DNA of 56,360 bases, the filler included, from Dugesia japonica (Eukaryota), in NCBI GenBank assembly GCA_001938525.1. It is 4 parts of 4 records of this genome, joined end to end, with 100 filler letters (N's around TTAATTAATTAA, not from the genome) between each part and the next. Parts side by side here need not be neighbours in the genome. Positions count along the whole stretch, not along the records: positions 34,663 to 56,360 come from MQRL01641341.1; 3 more parts are not named here. One strand, written 5' to 3'. Shown here in pieces: positions 49,401 through 56,360 of this stretch. The position numbers and the translations under genes are program-made. Below the pieces are notes generated by a model. That model was not told where the DNA came from. It saw only the letters and a program-made list of their open reading frames with translations, and ran no database searches. Every line of letters begins with the position of its first letter. Within the stretch, counting starts at the first letter, position 1.

Positions 49401-50280
49401 TAAATCTTTATCTTAAAATCTTATGAATTTATGATAAAAGTTGAATTGTTAATGACTAGTTCTATACTTTCTATGTAGTTGTCTCGAATTTTTAATGATG
49501 ACTCGTGCATTTATCATGATGATACATGTATATTCTATGATGAAGTATCTATGTTTTGTGATGAAATTATAATTTTCCATGACAAAGTGATTATTTCGAT
49601 GTTGAAATGTTTCTTTTTAATTATGAATTCTTTATTTTACATGTTGAGTTAGAAATAATATGTGTTGTTTAAGAATTTTATGTGAAGAAATATAGTTTTA
49701 AAACGTTGACTTAGAAATTTCAATGTGAAGCATTGCTACCGGAAATGTACATACTGTAATCGAGCTTAGTCTAGTTAAAACTACACAAGCTGATTGATAA
49801 GTTCAATAATGAACTGACTCGATTGGATGCTAACGGACCTTGATGGTTTCGCTCCTTCGGACTTTACATGTCGGAGGAGGTAATGTATTGTTATGGAATT
49901 CAAGCAAAACGGTTATGGAAATAATTTTAATGATACTATTGTTAATAATTTTACTTTGAATACAAATAATATACGGATTTCATTAAAGACGAAAAGTAAT
50001 TTTACTTAAATATAAATATTAAAAATGATTTTTCATGGAATATTAATTGATTCTTCGGGTGAGCAGCTAATATGAATGGAACTGTGTACATCTAATGTCA
50101 GAAGCATTAAATAGTTTGTTCTAGGAGCATCTTATGTCAGTAACAGCCATGAGTTCGTACACATAGACATCTCATAGTTTGTACCATGTAAAAACTGATG
50201 TTTCTAACTAACATATAATAGTATGAACACTAAAATATCGATTAGTATGCAACCTAAGGAACTAATGTAAATATTGCGCG

Positions 50281-51372
50281 GAGAATATTGAATATTAGTG
50301 TTCATATTGCTCGGAGAACATTAAATAATAATGTTAATATAGCACGAAGAGCATTTCATGTTAATGTTGCTCGGAATGTTAACATAAACAATAATGTTAA
50401 TATTGTTCGGGGAATATTTAATGTAAATACTGTCTGAGGAAATAAAATGTTAATATTACTTGGGGAATACTTTATGCTAATATTGTCGGGGAGAAATCAC
50501 ATTCGATAAATTTTGTTTAATTTAAGCAAACAAGCTTTTTAATAAATTTCTATGAAGAAACCTAAAAATTAATAAATTAAACTTAAAAATTAAACTTAAA
50601 CAAATAATTAATAATTTACATTAAGTTAAACAAAAATCAGAATTTTGTAAATCTTAACAAAAATTTATTAATTTTACTTCATTTAAAGAAAACAAGTGTT
50701 ACGTAATGATTATATAATGGTTATATAACCATTACATAATTATAACACAACCATATCATCATAAAGGTAAATTTTTTATTGATGTTTATTTCAAAACCAA
50801 AGAAATACTTTTTAAATAATGTATTTCACAAAATCACGTTTAAGTATTTACAAATTTACGTTTTTGTGGAATAAATAAATATTCTATTTCTAAAGTCATC
50901 AAATAAATCATTCAATTTCCAGCACTAATTGATTGTGTTTCTCTTCTGTATTGTAGTTTATATTAATTATATTACCGTTCAAAACTGGCATTCTATCTGT
51001 CCATTGGTTTTGTTATGTTACAGACTAGACATTTTCTACAAAATATTGACGCATTTTGCGAACTCTCTCATATTTCCGATCTTAAATACATTGACATAAT
51101 CCCATCTGTTAAGTCTTTGACAATAAACCTTTAAAACCTACTCCTTACAAATGTCTTACCTGATTGTGGCTTGATCTTGTCTGCTTAGTGCAATTAATCT
51201 TATGTAATTAGTACACTGGTTAAGCATTCCCAATAAATATTTCGTTACTCTTTTTGTTACACTTAACGACCTACAGATGTCCATAAACATTAAAAAGAAT
51301 AGCTCATTATTTACTTAATAAGAAATATATTTTAGTTTTTTTAGTTTTTTTTCTAGAACTACAGACAAGTCT
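50281..51372 (+). repeat. Repeat B (50281-50764) joined directly to repeat A copy 2 (50767-51372)
   Basis: See the partner copies at 47325-47779 and 46395-47021. Confidence 0.8.
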
Positions 51373-52399
51373 GTATTATATTTCTAACTATTGTGATAAA
51401 TGTGTTGTAACTATTCAGTAGGTTACATTAAAGTTAAGCTCATAACAAAATTAAGAATAACCANNNNNNNNNNNNNNNNNNNNNNNNNNNNNNNNNNNNN
51501 NNNNNNNNNNNNNNNNNNNNNNNNNNNTATATATATATATATATATATATTTTACTCCACTTTTCAAAGCATATTCACAATTAGTGTTATCAGTATCTTT
51601 ACATAAAATTAGCTATTCATATGCTTTAGACATGATAAATATTTAATACTCCAATCATAACATTCCGATTATTCATAATTTCTTTTAAAAATTATGTAAA
51701 TAAATTTAAATCATACTTTTGTATTTAAAATTTTTTCAAGAAATTTATTTAAATTAACCGTAAATACTTTAAATGTATTTCAGNNNNNNNNNNNNNNNNN
51801 NNNNNNNNNNNNNNNNNNNNNNNNNNNNNNTATATCGTTTTTCAATTGATATAGTAATATTTTGGATTCAAAAAATTCAAAGGCATGCAGCAGATAGATT
51901 CTGGTGTGCTTGAACACTTGCCGTCAACGATGCTTAATTCTTTTCGCCAGTTTTAGTGTTTTTAATTTTTTAGCATTTTGATTAGCCGACACTTATGATT
52001 GGAAAATATTTTTTATTTCAAATTTTCTGGTGCGAAGTTTTGAATTTTAATAAAGAATTGTTTAGGTCAAATTTAATCATATCTATGCGAAGATGGTCCC
52101 AATAAACTCAGAATTATAAACTATATGGTAAGGTTAAAATGTCCTTAGACTATATCAGAAATTCTGAAGATTTTTAATAAAAATTTGCACGTAAAATAAT
52201 AATCATATATATGTATGAAATGTATAATTTGTTTTAATATGCCAATTTTTGCTTGAATGAGATTAGAATAATTCAAAAATAAATGTTCGATAATGTTAAA
52301 TTACACAGTGTGATCCTATTTTAAGTTATCAAAGGAATTCAAACATTCAAAAGCATTCATATCAAATACATACGTGCTCAAAACATTATTATTTAACCT

Positions 52400-53620
52400 A
52401 GATTTGTTGCTCAAATTGCATCCTCTCTCACCATAGCTTGGCATTTCCCGAGTTATCTAATTGATCTATTCCATCACTGGGACAGGTATCAGCATCAGCA
52501 TCATCATCATCATAGGCATTCATTTGAAATCTTCATGGCTTGTTGTACATTTATCTTCTTTCTGCTCTCAATGGATTTCATGGCATTGAAATCGGAGATG
52601 TGCTGGTTTCTTACAGTGCAAAAATTTAAGATTTTAACATTGTGAGTTGAGGTGACATTCATTTTGCAATCCCAACATTTTCTCACTCTGAAAGTCTGAA
52701 TATTGGGTTCATAATTTGATGTCATAAAATCTTCAGTATTTCTTTGAAATATATGGGAATCATAATTCTGCTCATCTTTTTTCTTTGATTTAAATTTCCA
52801 TTGAATCTTGGTTTAATAAATCTATTGGTTAAATTTAAATTGTATTACTGTTACATAAGTAACTTTTTTCTTCAGCGCCGATATTCCATATTCTATTTCC
52901 ATTTCCTTTTTCAATCCATCAATTTTAATTACAACTTTTATACATCATTTATATATCATTTTTTCAACATCTTCTATATCTCACATTTTAATTTCCTTTT
53001 TAACTTTTTTAGCGTCCATTGAATTTTGTAAATGAATTTGACAAGTTTTTCCTTCTTACCTGGTGACGCAAAATATTATTTACTAAATTTACAACTTTCG
53101 AAAATAATGAAATTGAGGATTCATTTAGTCTATGGCATTTCAAGGCATTAATTAGATCCTAACTAAGGTCTATAGGCTCTGAAAAGGCTTCTCTACTTCT
53201 TGTTTCGAAATCTTCAATCTTTAAATCGACTGCTTTTATAAATATTTTCTTTAATTGATTCGAAGTCATGGAAATTTCAAAAAATCTGTTTGTTTCTTCA
53301 ATAAATTCTTCAATATTTCGTCCTATCTCGAAAATCTCGTGTTTGAATCCACGAGTTCAGGATTGGCGTGGTTGCCATGTTAGACTTGGAAAACGAATTA
53401 AGCATAAAAATATATTCCAACACAAAATGATATTTTAACAAATGTATATATATATATATATATTGCTTTTGAGGAATCAGTTACTCAAAAATGTCTGAAC
53501 ACCAAAATCATACACACATTCAAACAGTCAATCACACCTTCACCTATTATCACATACATACCTCAATTTAGTTATAAAAAGGTAAATATGAAGATATAAT
53601 ATTATTCTTAGTCATATCTC
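52400..53620 (-). mobile_element. Ty3/Gypsy 5' relic (LTR end, PBS, gag)
   Basis: ...CTAACA|TGGCAACCACG LTR/PBS junction at 53378/53377. Gag EIFEIGRNIEEFIEETNRFF resembles the 34806 gag; degenerate knuckle RKCWDCK. LTR start uncertain. Confidence 0.65.
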
Positions 53621-54033
53621 ACAATAAAAATTTAAATAGCACCATATTTACGTAATTTATTAAACAATTGATTGAAAATTTAATATATTGATTAATTATA
53701 TCGAAATATTTATCTTTAAATACGAAACAAAATAAAATCAAACCAAAAACCAATACAGTTATTAAATTACCTTTTATTAATTAGAAATGTAGCCAAATCA
53801 TGCAAAATATAATTAAAAAGTCGAAACTAAAACANNNNNNNNNNNNNNNNNNNNNNNNNNNNNNNNNNNNNNNNNNNNNNNNNNNNNNNNNNNNNNNNNN
53901 NNNNNNNNNNNNNNNNNNNNNNNNNNNNNNNNNNNNNNNNNNNNNNNNNNNNNNNNNNNNNNNNNNNNNNNNNNNNNNNNNNNNNNNNNNNNNNNNNNNN
54001 NNNNNNNNNNNNNNNNNNNNNNNNNNNNNNNNN

Positions 54034-54240
54034 TGAAACAAAAAGAAAGTGAAGTATTCAAACACTTTCAACACAAACATAAAATTTCACCAGAACAATA
54101 TCACATTCCAAGGAAACACTAGGAACAGGCTACATTTCTACACTACATAGAAAAAAACATTAAGAAATACTAATCAAAGAAAGCAATCCTAAAATAAATA
54201 TAATTTACAATAATTCAATTAAATAATTACATTTAAAATA
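54034..54240 (+). mobile_element. Penelope-like GIY-YIG 3' fragment, paralogous to 990-1180
   Basis: AAAGTGAAGTATTCAAACACTTTCAA and GAACAGGCTACATTTCTACACT match the reverse complement of the first PLE. Confidence 0.75.
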
Positions 54241-56360
54241 ATAATTAAAATTAACCAATTAAAATTTAATAACAATAAATTAAATCAAAAATTATTACTT
54301 TTGAAATAACATTTCAATGTAATTATAATAAATGTTATTATAATGTTTTGAAAGGACTGCGTTTAAAATAGCGTTTCCTAAACATTATCCATCATGAATT
54401 TTTCGGAATCTCAAATATTTTTTTCTACGAAAAGCCATCTTCAAGTTCAAATTCTGTAATAAAATTATTGTGAGTATGTTTTAGAAAAGTGAGTTGAAAT
54501 TTTTGTGCTTTGATTGGATATTTTATTTTAATCTTTTAATTCAAAATTGAAAGTCACAAATTAATCAAGAAATTAAAGTAAATTAAATTAAAGTTTTGGT
54601 ACAAAAATTATGTGTAGTTAAAGATTAATTCAAATAGTTTTATACACAATTTATTGTGGATTCTTAGAAACTACAATTTTGTTTTAAAAGTTTGAAAATA
54701 AAAAAAATAATTTTAATATCGAACGATTGTTTGCTTTGAAATTTTGTATATTCCGAATTATTTTAAATAAAGATTTTATCTAAAATGTTAAATTTATAAT
54801 ATAATTTCCAGTTAAAGCATGGAGTTTTAAATTGTTTCAATAAACAAATAATGATGTTATAGTATTTGCTTGTGAATAAATTTTGCTATGTAATCGAGTT
54901 TGGATATTAATGATCTGATGAGTACTTCAAACTCATCTAACAATTATAGTAAATATTTTTCGCTATACAAAAATTTTGCAACAAGAGCCACAGTTTAAGA
55001 AGAATATAAAAATGACAATCTCAAATACTAGTTGATATTTATTAAACATTAAATTAAATAAATTAATCGCATAATTTTAAATTACCAGAAGCATTTTTTC
55101 TTTTGTAAAATAAGAACAAATGATCTCATAGATACTCACTTCAATTATAATATCAGGAATATTATTAAAAAGGAAAGAGATTTTATTAATAGAGAAGAAA
55201 TCAAAATATTTAATTAGCAAATTTGGTAGTTAACAATTTATGTAAATTAAACCTATTGCTTAAACAAACAAACTTAAAAATAAATTTAATTACATCGGAA
55301 CCATGTTAACTCACGATATCCCTGGTCCAAGATTTAAATACTGCGTGTTAAGTGAACCATGAGTTACGGTACCCATGTGTGATTAAGCGATAATGAATGT
55401 GTTTAGCTGTATTTGTCAATTGTTCTTTAAAAACAACTTTAGACCCCAACGTTTAAAGCACTTATTTTATTATGCACAACGCAAAACATGATTTGTTTAC
55501 AACAAATAGTAATTGGAAAGTATTCTATCAATATTTACTTTAAAAAAAAGTTATTTTTTATATCTGCCAGTTCTTGAGAAATATTTGTTTTAATATCATT
55601 AGATTTTTCCTAATCTTCTACACTGTATTTCTCGTTATTTGCGACGTCTTAAATTAACATCACAATTAACAAATGCTTAATAACATTAGGAGTCATTAAC
55701 ATTAGATAAAATCATTTGTTGAGCAGACTCGCGTGTTATTAAACGGCGACTTAATGGGATCCAACTATATACAATTTCTGTAGATGTAAATTATTCTTGA
55801 GTCAGAAATATTAATTTTCAAATATTCAACTTAATATTTTTCATTTAGAACATTTTTGGTTTATATTCTTTTTGATGAACCTGATTTTGATTAGTTCATC
55901 AACAATTATAATGAGTAAGTTTTTTTATTAATTAAGTTTTATTTTAAAATTTTTTAATTGACAATTCATTTTAGTTTTATTTTTATTTCGTTCAATATTT
56001 CATGAATTTAAGTATATAGAGATGATGATTCTAGCGCATGGAGTGTAGTGATTGCCATGGTAATTAAAACGTATTTCTTCGTAACTACCACTGATTTATC
56101 TAGTTACCACCACATAATAATTACGTTTCTTTGCAAATGGTTATGTAACGATAACGTAATAATTTCCTGTTGAATGATCAATAATAACGTAATGATTGTG
56201 TAATTATCACGGCACATTACGAAAGGCTTATTAAATAGCAACCTCTAACCCTCGACTCTAGACTTCACTTTTCTATCTATTATAAACAGAGCATACATGT
56301 TCATTCAGAAAAGAGTCTGTCATCATATAAAATTTTTATTTCACAAAAGTTAATAAATTT

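Noticed and set aside
49852-49879. GC-rich hairpin CTCCTTCGGAC...GTCGGAGGAG
   Set aside because: Single occurrence with no CTRR Helitron end or other supporting context.

Overview
AT-rich eukaryotic genomic DNA from a fragmented draft assembly. Introns of 47-58 nt, (ATT)n microsatellites and the transposon spectrum suggest an invertebrate, most likely a planarian flatworm (inference). Three artificial 100-bp spacers (44N-TTAATTAATTAA-44N) split the window into four separately assembled blocks. Two host genes are supported, both on the minus strand. One is a complete 3-exon NK2.1/scarecrow-type homeobox gene (CDS 8797-8569, 8510-8233, 5036-4383; 386 aa). The other is four internal exons of a KCBP/kinesin-C-type kinesin-14 (34479-32633), whose remaining exons I could not find. 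Almost everything else is mobile DNA. This includes Penelope-like retroelements with minimal hammerhead ribozymes (several as tiny fold-back insertions with 10-11 bp target-site duplications, TSDs), Helitron relics and RLE-type non-LTR relics. There are also three mariner relics, a plant-type DD39D mariner, a Merlin transposase and several Ty3/Gypsy relics. A decayed Polinton/Maverick (integrase, two minor-capsid copies, PW, major capsid) sits next to a 52-bp satellite and abuts a Gypsy RNase H. A GC-rich element with terminal inverted repeats (TIRs), AG...CT ends and a 6-bp TSD straddles an assembly gap. All family assignments come from manual motif reading, not database searches.
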